A stretch of DNA of 64,000 nt from Patescibacteria group bacterium (GTDB lineage Bacteria > Patescibacteriota > Minisyncoccia > Minisyncoccales > JAHCRE01), in NCBI GenBank assembly GCA_020148055.1, contig JAHCRF010000001.1:71257-135256 (forward strand). Direction: 5' to 3'. This document shows positions 1 through 7,119 of this stretch, piece by piece. The stretch's first letter is position 1. Each line of letters opens with the position of its first letter. Below the pieces are notes generated by a model, which was not told where the DNA came from, searched no databases, and saw only the letters and a program-made list of their open reading frames with translations. The translations under genes and the position numbers were made by a program.

Positions 1-1356
1 AGCGCAAGCGATCGGCCAATCTAGGGTTGCAAATGGCCAGAGAGCTGAGGAGAACCAGGTATCCAGAACATCTTTCATTCCTTTAAGCGGTATTTTATGG
101 CCCCACCAGATTTGACGAGAAACACACCAATCTCTTATATTTTTTAACCAGTTAAAATAAATTTTCTCGAAGCTTTTTGGAACAAATTTAATTTTCCTAG
201 TTTTTACCGCCAAAATTGCCAGCCTGGCTAAATCATTCATTTTTAGAAACCACTGCCAGGAAGGGATTAGTTCAATTGTAGTTTTACATCGATAGCATTG
301 AGGAACTTGATGGACATAATCTTCAATTTTTTCTAAAAAACCTTGGTTTTTTAAATCTTTAACAATCTTTTTTCTAGCTTCCGAAGAAGCCAATCCTCGA
401 TAAGGCAGAGGGACTTCTTTGGTCATTTCCCCATTCTTATCGATAACCTGGATAATTTTTAGATTGTGCAAAAGTCCAATTTCATAATCTGTCATATCAT
501 GGGCTGGGGTTATCTTTACTGCTCCTGTCCCAAATTTTAGATCAACTAATTTATCTTTAATGATGGAGATTTCTCGGCCAACCAAAGGTAAGATAACTTT
601 TTTACCAATTAAATTTTTATATCGTTTATCTTTGGGATTTACTGCCACCGCCATATCTCCAAGCATTGTCTCCGGCCTGGTCGTAGCGACAGTAATAAAT
701 TTTTGACTTTTGACTTTCGACTTTTGATTTTTGATCGGATATTTGATATACCATAATTTTCCCTCCTTTTCTTTATATTCCAGTTCTAAATCTGACAGAC
801 TGGTCTGGCATCTCGGGCACCAATTTATTACTTTTTTCCCTCGATAAATCCAACCTTTTTTATAATAATGTAAGAATGCTTTTTCTATTGCTTGGCAATA
901 TTTCTCATCCATGGTAAATCGAGTTCTTGACCAATCGCAGGAAGCCCCTAATTTCTTCAACTGATCTAAAATGACATTTCCATATTTTTTCTTCCATTGC
1001 CAAACTCTTTTTAAAAATTTTTCTCGCCCTAAATCAAAACGAGTTTTTTGTTCTTTTTTTAACTCTTTTTCTACTCTCGCCTGGGTGGCAATACCAGCAT
1101 GATCGATCCCCGGGAGCCAGAGGGTTCTAAAACCTTGAAGACGTTTCCAACGGATTAAGATATCCTGGACAAGGGTATTTAGAGCGTGACCCATATGAAG
1201 AGAACCAGTAATATTTGGCGGAGGAATCAAAATTGTGTAAGATTTTTTTCTTTCCCCCGGTAGATTATCAGGATTAAAAAAACCAGATCTCAGCCAGAGA
1301 TTATAGATTTGACCCTCTACTTTTTTTGGAGCATAGACTTTTGCTAACTTTTTCAT
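1..1356 (-). CDS. valS: valyl-tRNA synthetase, N-terminal part (gene runs off the window start)
   Basis: Absent from the ORF track because there is no stop in the window. Reverse translation from ATG at 1356 gives MKKLAKVYAPKKVEGQIYNLWLRSGFFNP...PPPNITGSLHMGHALN (HIGH motif)...DVLDTWFSSALWPFATLDWP. Confidence 0.85.
   Translation of the reverse strand, partial: MKKLAKVYAPKKVEGQIYNLWLRSGFFNPDNLPGERKKSYTILIPPPNITGSLHMGHALNTLVQDILIRWKRLQGFRTLWLPGIDHAGIATQARVEKELKKEQKTRFDLGREKFLKRVWQWKKKYGNVILDQLKKLGASCDWSRTRFTMDEKYCQAIEKAFLHYYKKGWIYRGKKVINWCPRCQTSLSDLELEYKEKEGKLWYIKYPIKNQKSKVKSQKFITVATTRPETMLGDMAVAVNPKDKRYKNLIGKKVILPLVGREISIIKDKLVDLKFGTGAVKITPAHDMTDYEIGLLHNLKIIQVIDKNGEMTKEVPLPYRGLASSEARKKIVKDLKNQGFLEKIEDYVHQVPQCYRCKTTIELIPSWQWFLKMNDLARLAILAVKTRKIKFVPKSFEKIYFNWLKNIRDWCVSRQIWWGHKIPLKGMKDVLDTWFSSALWPFATLDWPIACA
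701..735. repeat. five-heptamer array (ttttgac ttttgac tttcgac ttttgat ttttgat) inside valS
   Basis: Direct reading. Translated on the minus strand as ...KNQKSKVKSQKF... just before the conserved ATTRPETMLGD. Confidence 0.85.
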
Positions 1357-1425
1357 GCTCAATTATTATACCACGCAATAATCTCAAAACTTAAATATTC
1401 AATTTGAAGATAAAAATTTTTAAAT

Positions 1426-2694
1426 TTAACTTATTCTTAAATTCGCATCAGCTTCAATATCAGGGGCCCGCCAAAGGCGGGAAGGTGGTCGGGACGCGAG
1501 GCCTTCTCGTGAAACGGGAGGCCCCGTCCTTGGGCGGGTCGGAGTCCAGGCCTTAGTTTCTTTTCTGAGATAACGAAAATAAGCAGCTACTGCCACCATA
1601 ACGGCATTATCAGTACATAAAATTTTTGGTGGAACCAAAAATTTAATCGTTAATCGCTGGTTTTTAATTGCTAATTGAAATTGTTTTCTTAATTCATTAT
1701 TGGCAGCCACCCCTCCACCAAGGATAATCATTCCGGCTTTATATTTTCTTGCTGCCTGGATGGTTTTATGAATTAAAACGTCAACTATTGCCTGTTGGAC
1801 CTCGGTAGACATTTCCTGGATAAATTTTTGCTTTTTGCGTTCTGTTTTCTGTTTTTTGATTTTATATAAGACCGCGGTTTTCAGACCAGAAAAACTGAAA
1901 TCAAAATTTTTTTGGTGAATCATTGGCCTCGGTAATTGAATATTGAATATTGAATATTGAATATTGGATTTTAATTGAGCGGCAAGCCGTTCAATGGCCG
2001 GTCCTCCTGGGTAATCCATTCCTAAAATTCTGGCTACTTTGTCAAAACATTCACCAGCAGCATCATCTCGAGTTTCACCAAGGATTTTGTATTCTCCGTA
2101 ATTTTTCATTAAAATTAACTGGGTATGACCGCCGCTTACCACTAAACAAACTGCCGGAAACGAAAACTTTAAACTTGAACCAACCAAGTTGGCGAAAATG
2201 TGAGCTTCGATATGGTTTACTGGGATTATTGGTAGTTCCCAAGAAAAAGCTAAAGCTTTGGCAAAATTTACCCCTACCCACAAGCAAGGTTCTAACCCTG
2301 GCCCCATAGTCACGGCAATTAGATCAATTTTTGGTTTCCTGTAATTTCTTAAGAATTCTTTTAACTCCTTTAAAAGATATTCTTCTCGTTTGAATATTTC
2401 TTCTAATACTGGATACTTGATACTTAATAGTTGATGCTTATCATTTTTTTTAAGCGATTTTGCTTTTTTTAACGCCCTTTTTAAAACAGGAATCAAATTT
2501 CGTTGGTGCTCTCTTTTAGCTAAGGTTGGATAGACTCCTCCATATTTTCTGTGAATTTTTATCTGAGAAGAGATAATATCAGACAGAATATTAATTTTCA
2601 TCCGTCTAAATCCGCGTTGTAATCTACCTTTATCTACTTCTACAATCGCTATACAGGTATCGTCACATGATGTTTCGACAGCAAGAATAATCAT
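1426..2694 (-). CDS. tsaD: tRNA N6-adenosine threonylcarbamoyltransferase TsaD (Kae1/Gcp family)
   Basis: MIILAVETSCDDT, NHIEAHI, VSGGHTQL, LCTDNAVM motifs. At 422 aa it is longer than usual because of repeat inserts at 1463-1547 and 1935-1969. Confidence 0.9.
   Translation of the reverse strand: MIILAVETSCDDTCIAIVEVDKGRLQRGFRRMKINILSDIISSQIKIHRKYGGVYPTLAKREHQRNLIPVLKRALKKAKSLKKNDKHQLLSIKYPVLEEIFKREEYLLKELKEFLRNYRKPKIDLIAVTMGPGLEPCLWVGVNFAKALAFSWELPIIPVNHIEAHIFANLVGSSLKFSFPAVCLVVSGGHTQLILMKNYGEYKILGETRDDAAGECFDKVARILGMDYPGGPAIERLAAQLKSNIQYSIFNIQLPRPMIHQKNFDFSFSGLKTAVLYKIKKQKTERKKQKFIQEMSTEVQQAIVDVLIHKTIQAARKYKAGMIILGGGVAANNELRKQFQLAIKNQRLTIKFLVPPKILCTDNAVMVAVAAYFRYLRKETKAWTPTRPRTGPPVSREGLASRPPSRLWRAPDIEADANLRIS
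1463..1547 (+). repeat. GC-rich hairpin element family A, copy 1 (in frame near the 3' end of tsaD, antisense to the host)
   Basis: 85 nt, about 87% identical by eye to 28032-28115. It is a GC island in AT-rich DNA and encodes ...TPTRPRTGPPVSREGLASRPPSRLWRAP... of TsaD. Confidence 0.9.
1935..1969. repeat. five-heptamer array (attgaat x4 + attggat) inside tsaD
   Basis: Direct reading. Encodes ...SNIQYSIFNIQ... upstream of the conserved FDFSFSGLKTAV. Confidence 0.85.
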
Positions 2695-2780
2695 AGAACT
2701 ATGAATTAAGAATAATGAATCATGAATAATAAAGAAAATAAGTTTCTCGCATAATTCATAATTCCTAATTCCTGATTCAT
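2693..2780. repeat. composite palindrome: inverted heptamer arrays (..tatgaat taagaat aatgaat catgaat / ataattc ataattc ctaattc ctgattc) around a short core
   Basis: Direct reading. Lies in the tsaD / tRNA-Glu spacer. Same 'gaat/attc' word family as 30476-30556, 37402-37510 and 48315-48401. Confidence 0.75.
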
Positions 2781-2833
2781 TTTAACGTTTGTCTTGCCTT
2801 TTTTCAATTTTTTAATTAAAATGATGATAGTTT

Positions 2834-2905
2834 GGCCTCGTCGTCTAGTGGTTAGGACAAGGGGCTTTCAATCCCTAAACACGGGTTCGATTCCCGTCGA
2901 GGCCA
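2834..2905 (+). tRNA. tRNA-Glu (anticodon UUC)
   Basis: Cloverleaf by hand: acceptor ggcctcg/cgaggcc, anticodon loop cuUUCaa, T-loop ttcgatt. No encoded CCA. Track ORF 2794 reads through it. Confidence 0.85.
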
Positions 2906-2913
2906 CTATTTTT

Positions 2914-4488
2914 ATGAAGGATTATTATCTTAAAGTTAACAAGGCTTCTGATCTTAAAGATAAACAAGAAAGAATAATTTTTCGTATTTTAGAGATTTTG
3001 CCTGGTTTTTTAAGCTGGGCAATTTTACTTTTAGTTATCATTTTATCTTGGCAAAAGCCGATTTTGGTAGCTGTCTTTATCATCTTTTTTGTAATTTTTT
3101 GGTTATTTAGAACAATCTACTTTTCATTTCATCTCCGGGCTGGCTATCAAAAAATGAAAGAACACGAAAATATTGATTGGCTAGCAAAGCTTAATCAACT
3201 GAGAGATAGAAACTGGAAAGATATCTATCATTTAATAGTCTTACCAATGTATAAAGAGCCTTTAGGAATTATTAAGGAAACCTTTAAAGCCTTAGAAAAT
3301 ACTGATTATCCTAAAGATAAAATGATTGTAGTTTTAGCTTGTGAGGAAAGAGCTGGAGAGGAAGCAAAAGAAACTGCCAGGATTATTGAAAAAGAATTTG
3401 CCAATAAATTTTTCAAATTTTTAATCACTTTTCATCCTCCAGATTTACCCGGAGAGATTGCTGCTAAAAGCTCAAATGAGACCTTTGGGGTAAAAAAAGC
3501 CAAGGAATTGATTATTGATCCATTTAAAATTCCTTATCAAAATATAATTTTTTCTTCTTTAGATGCCGATACTAAAATTTTTCCAAGATATTTTAGTTGT
3601 CTTACTTATCATTATTTAACCTCAAAAAACCCAACTAGAACTAGTTTTCAACCCATCCCTCTTTTTATTAATAATATCTGGCAGGCCCCTGGTATTTCTC
3701 GAGTTTTTTCCTTTTCCTCAACCTTTTGGCATACTATTAATCAGCAAAGGCCAGAAAAATTGATTACTTTCTCTTCCCATTCAATGAGTTTTTTAGCCTT
3801 AGTTGATACTGGATTCAAACAGACCAATGTAGTTTCTGATGACTCCAGAATTTTTTGGCAATGTTTTTTAAAATACAACGGAGACTATAAGGTTCAGCCT
3901 ATTTTTTATCCGGTTTCAATGGATGCTAATGTTTCTCGGAGTTTCTTTAGAACCTTAATCAATATCTACAAACAACAAAGAAGGTGGGCTTATGGAGTAG
4001 GGGATATCCCTTATTTTCTTTTTGGTTTTTTTAAAAATAAAAAAATCCCAATCTCAAAAAAATTTTCTTTAGGATTTGAGTTAATTGAAGGACACTTGTC
4101 TTGGGCTACTGCCTCGTTTTTAATTTTTCTATTAGGCTGGGTACCTTTAGTTTTAGGAGGAGAGGAGTTTAACCAGACCCTAATTTCTTATAATTTACCC
4201 TTGATAACCAGAAATATTTTAACTTTAGCAATGGTAGGCCTAACCGGATCTATCTATTTTAGTCTTAATTTACTCCCTCCTAAACCCCCTGAATATGGTC
4301 GGCTTAAATATTTATTTTTTGCTTTTCAATGGTTTTTAATTCCCTTAACAATGATATTTTTTGTTTCCCTACCAGCTTTAGATGCTCAGACGAGATTGAT
4401 GTTAGGGAAATATATGGGTTTTTGGCCGACTGAGAAAATTCGAAGGAATCTTACAAATTACGAATTTCCTCGAATTACGAATTCGTAA
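2914..4488 (+). CDS. membrane-embedded processive family-2 glycosyltransferase (cellulose/chitin-synthase-like)
   Basis: Start moved to ATG 2914, downstream of the tRNA. Has N- and C-terminal TM segments, VLPMYKEP, SSLDADT and QQRRW (QxxRW) motifs. Confidence 0.7.
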   Translation: MKDYYLKVNKASDLKDKQERIIFRILEILPGFLSWAILLLVIILSWQKPILVAVFIIFFVIFWLFRTIYFSFHLRAGYQKMKEHENIDWLAKLNQLRDRNWKDIYHLIVLPMYKEPLGIIKETFKALENTDYPKDKMIVVLACEERAGEEAKETARIIEKEFANKFFKFLITFHPPDLPGEIAAKSSNETFGVKKAKELIIDPFKIPYQNIIFSSLDADTKIFPRYFSCLTYHYLTSKNPTRTSFQPIPLFINNIWQAPGISRVFSFSSTFWHTINQQRPEKLITFSSHSMSFLALVDTGFKQTNVVSDDSRIFWQCFLKYNGDYKVQPIFYPVSMDANVSRSFFRTLINIYKQQRRWAYGVGDIPYFLFGFFKNKKIPISKKFSLGFELIEGHLSWATASFLIFLLGWVPLVLGGEEFNQTLISYNLPLITRNILTLAMVGLTGSIYFSLNLLPPKPPEYGRLKYLFFAFQWFLIPLTMIFFVSLPALDAQTRLMLGKYMGFWPTEKIRRNLTNYEFPRITNS

Positions 4489-4512
4489 TTAGTTTAGATT
4501 CGTAATTCGTAG
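4455..4512. repeat. 'cgaat/attcg' word palindrome; perfect 18-nt palindrome aattacgaattcgtaatt at 4473-4490
   Basis: Direct reading. Overlaps the last codons and stop of the GT gene (peptide ..YEFPRITNS*). Sits between convergent GT and recG, so it is a likely bidirectional terminator. Related to 52212-52278. Confidence 0.75.
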
Positions 4513-4515
4513 AGG

Positions 4516-6711
4516 TTATTCTAAATGGATTCTTTCTCGAAACTTCTCTACTCTTCCCCTTAATAAGGGATATTTTTTTAATTCAGGGTCCTCTTCTAAA
4601 ATTTCTTTAGCCGCCTTTCTAGTTTTCTCAACTAAGAATATATCTTTCAAAGCTGACATTGCTAAATCAGGAATTCCCCATTGTCTTTGACCAAAAAAAT
4701 CACCAGGGCCTCGAATTCCCAAATCTTTTTCAGCTAACTCAAAACCATTTTCAGAAGAAATCAAAGCTTTCAATCGTTGATGAGTTTTCTTAGCTGGAGA
4801 GTCAGTGAATAAAAAGCAAAAAGATTGATATTTTGATCTTCCTACTCTTCCCCGAAATTGATGGAGCTGCGCTAGCCCAAATCTTTCTGCTCCCTCAATC
4901 ATCATTACCGTGGCATTAGGAACATCGATCCCCACTTCAATTACTGAGGTTGAGACTAAAATGTCAATCTTTTTACCCCTTCCGGTTTGTGCAGAAAAAT
5001 GTTTCATTATCTTCTCTTTTTCTTTTGTAGTCATTTTCCCGTGTAACATTCCAACTTTTAAATCAGGGAAAACAATTTTTGATAGTTTTTGATATTCTTC
5101 TTTTACTGCCCTTACCTCAGCCCAGCTTGAAATTTCTTTTTCTATTTTTTCCTTATCACTAGGTTCAATCCTTGGGCAAATAACAAAAACCTGTCTTCCT
5201 TTTTTAACAACAGAGCGTATAAAATTATAAGCAGCCTTACGATTTCCCGGGGCAATCACCTTAGTGACGATTTTTTTCCTTCCCTTCGGCAATTCATTAA
5301 TTAAAGAAAGATCAAGATCACCGTAAATAGTAAGAGCCAAAGTCCTTGGAATTGGGGTAGCGGTCATTGATAATAAATGGGGAATTATTCTTGTTGCTTG
5401 CCCGCCTGCCGGCGAGGCTGGTTGCTGGTTGCTAGTTGCTAACTTTGCCCTTTGTTCCACTCCAAACCGATGCTGCTCATCCAGGATAACCAGAGCCAAT
5501 TTTCCAAAGCGCACTTTTTCTTGAATTAAGGCGTGAGTACCAATTAAAAGATCAATCTCTTCTTTTTTTAATTTTTCTAAAAGTTTTTCTCGAGAAATTT
5601 TGATAACTTTATTTTTTCTGTCGCCGAAAGCGACTCCCCGGAGGGTTGCTCTTTTAGAAAAAATTCTATTTTCTTTCCCGGTTAAAAGACCAATATTTAA
5701 ATTAAATTTTTTTAAAAGTTTTGAAATCTCCTGAAAATGTTGCTTAGCTAGGATTTCAGTTGGAGCCATAAAAGCCACTTGGAAACCTTGTTTTATTACA
5801 TTTAAAGCAGCTAATACAGCCACCACTGTTTTCCCTGAACCAACATCGCCTTCTAAAAGTCTGTTCATCGGTCTTGGTTTTTCGAGGTCTTTTAGAATCT
5901 GCCAGGCTGATTTTTTTTGGGCATTAGTTAATTTGAAAGGTAAGCTTTTAACAAAATTCTTAATTAACTGGGGATGAAAAGGGATTGGAATTGCTCTTTC
6001 TTTTGAGATTTTTAATTTCTCTCTTAAAACAAAAAGAGAAATAAAAAAAAGCTCCTCAAAAGAAAATCTTTTCTGAGCCTTTTTGGCTAAGGTTAAGGAA
6101 TCTGGGAAATGAATCTGCCAGATAGCTCTTTGGATTGGCAAAATTCGAGAATCTCTAATTACTTTTCCTGGTAGGGGTTCGCGAATTTTCTTTTTAAACT
6201 CAACCAAAAGGGGTCTTAGAATAAATCTTAACCATCTTGAAGACAATCCTTCAGTTTCGGGATAAACAGGGACAATTCTTCCGGTATGAATTAGACTTGT
6301 AGTTTGACTGATTTTCTCATGAGCTGGATTTGATAGATAAAGTCCTTTGTCTCCGAGAGTTATTTTTCCAGCTAAACATAAATTATCTCCTGATTTTAAA
6401 ACTTTTATTAAATAAGGTTGGTTAAACCAGATTACCTTTATTGCTCCTGATTTGTCTTTGACTATTGCCTGGGTTAAAATCATTCTTTTTTTCCAGGTTC
6501 TGATGTTTTCAATTTCTAGAATTTTTACCTTAATACAACAGGTTTCATTAAGTTTTACTTGAGATATCGGAATTATATTTGAAAAATCCTCATAGCGATG
6601 AGGAAAATGATAGAGAAGATCCCTGATTGTCTTTATTCCCAATTTCTTCAACCTCTTTTGGTAGCTGAGACCTACTCGAGGCAGACTCTCAATTGGAGTA
6701 GAAAGATTCAT
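4516..6711 (-). CDS. recG: ATP-dependent DNA helicase RecG
   Basis: Start moved to ATG 6711 (MNLSTPIESLPRVG), below the tRNA. Has DVGSGKT Walker A, LDEQHRFG, MTATPIPRTL and QFRGRVGRS. Contains inserts B and E. Confidence 0.9.
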   Translation of the reverse strand: MNLSTPIESLPRVGLSYQKRLKKLGIKTIRDLLYHFPHRYEDFSNIIPISQVKLNETCCIKVKILEIENIRTWKKRMILTQAIVKDKSGAIKVIWFNQPYLIKVLKSGDNLCLAGKITLGDKGLYLSNPAHEKISQTTSLIHTGRIVPVYPETEGLSSRWLRFILRPLLVEFKKKIREPLPGKVIRDSRILPIQRAIWQIHFPDSLTLAKKAQKRFSFEELFFISLFVLREKLKISKERAIPIPFHPQLIKNFVKSLPFKLTNAQKKSAWQILKDLEKPRPMNRLLEGDVGSGKTVVAVLAALNVIKQGFQVAFMAPTEILAKQHFQEISKLLKKFNLNIGLLTGKENRIFSKRATLRGVAFGDRKNKVIKISREKLLEKLKKEEIDLLIGTHALIQEKVRFGKLALVILDEQHRFGVEQRAKLATSNQQPASPAGGQATRIIPHLLSMTATPIPRTLALTIYGDLDLSLINELPKGRKKIVTKVIAPGNRKAAYNFIRSVVKKGRQVFVICPRIEPSDKEKIEKEISSWAEVRAVKEEYQKLSKIVFPDLKVGMLHGKMTTKEKEKIMKHFSAQTGRGKKIDILVSTSVIEVGIDVPNATVMMIEGAERFGLAQLHQFRGRVGRSKYQSFCFLFTDSPAKKTHQRLKALISSENGFELAEKDLGIRGPGDFFGQRQWGIPDLAMSALKDIFLVEKTRKAAKEILEEDPELKKYPLLRGRVEKFRERIHLE
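5383..5439 (-). repeat. element family B, copy 1 (gcaacNN heptamers + GC hairpin), in frame in recG
   Basis: Sense strand gcaactagcaaccagcaaccagcctcgccggcaggcgggcaagcaacaagaataatt is about 90% identical to 50750-50807. Encodes ATSNQQPASPAGGQATR. Confidence 0.9.
5620..5649 (+). repeat. element family E, copy 1 (gtcgccgaaagcgactcc hairpin), in frame in recG
   Basis: The gtcgc/gcgac stem with its flank resembles 48138-48156 (gtcgccgtaaggcgactcc). Encodes ..TLRGVAFGDRK... Confidence 0.7.
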
Positions 6712-6722
6712 AAGAATTGTGA

Positions 6723-6794
6723 TGCCCTCGAGAGGAGTCGAACCTCTATTTGAAGCTCCGCAAGCTCCTGTTTTATCCATTAAACTACGAGGGC
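6723..6794 (-). tRNA. tRNA-Arg (anticodon GCG)
   Basis: Hand fold: acceptor gccctcg/cgagggc, anticodon stem ggagc/gcttc, loop uuGCGga, T-loop ttcgact. No CCA encoded. Confidence 0.75.
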
Positions 6795-6870
6795 AAGCTT
6801 TTTAAATTTAACATAAATTTTTCTTTACTTCAAGTTGACTTAATTAATTTTATCCATTAAAATTAAAAGA

Positions 6871-6958
6871 GGAGGAGTACTCAAATGGTTACGAGAACAG
6901 TTTGCTAAACTGTAACCGTCTAAACAGCGGTTTGTGGGTTCGAGTCCCACCTCCTCCG
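6871..6958 (+). tRNA. tRNA-Ser (anticodon GCU), long variable arm
   Basis: Acceptor ggaggag/ctcctcc, anticodon loop uuGCUaa, long extra arm, T-loop ttcgagt. Confidence 0.85.
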
Positions 6959-6963
6959 CCTGA

Positions 6964-7051
6964 GGTGGGCTGTGCCGAATTTGGTCAAGGCACCAGTCTT
7001 GAAAACTGGGGTCCCGAAAGGGACGTGCAGGTTCGAGTCCTGCGCCCACCG
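6964..7051 (+). tRNA. tRNA-Ser (anticodon UGA), long variable arm
   Basis: Acceptor ggtgggc/gcccacc, anticodon loop cuUGAaa, extra arm ggtcccgaaagggac, T-loop ttcgagt. Confidence 0.85.
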
Positions 7052-7060
7052 CAATTTTTT

Positions 7061-7084
7061 AAAAACCGGCGAAGCCGGTTTTTT
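7061..7084. terminator. bidirectional intrinsic terminator (aaaaa-ccggc-gaa-gccgg-tttttt)
   Basis: 5-bp GC stem flanked by an A-run and a T-run, between the tRNA-Ser pair (+) and comF (-). Confidence 0.7.
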
Positions 7085-7115
7085 ATTCCTAATTCTGGAT
7101 TCATAATTCTTAATT
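7081..7115. repeat. five-heptamer half-element (ttttatt cctaatt ctggatt cataatt cttaatt)
   Basis: Direct reading. Same unit family as the right arm at 37476-37510. Abuts the terminator hairpin. Confidence 0.7.
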
Positions 7116-7119
7116 TTAA

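Noticed and set aside
1950-2309. Track ORFs 1950..2309(+) and 2075..2287(-) inside the tsaD locus
   Set aside because: They lie antisense to, or out of frame with, a well-supported TsaD gene. They are low-complexity with no recognisable motifs, so they are shadow ORFs.
2794-2913. N-terminal extensions of track ORFs at 2794, 6712-6780, 24482, 54115 and 56379
   Set aside because: Each extension reads through a tRNA gene or a GC-rich leader hairpin. Downstream ATGs give N-termini typical of the families, so the starts were moved.
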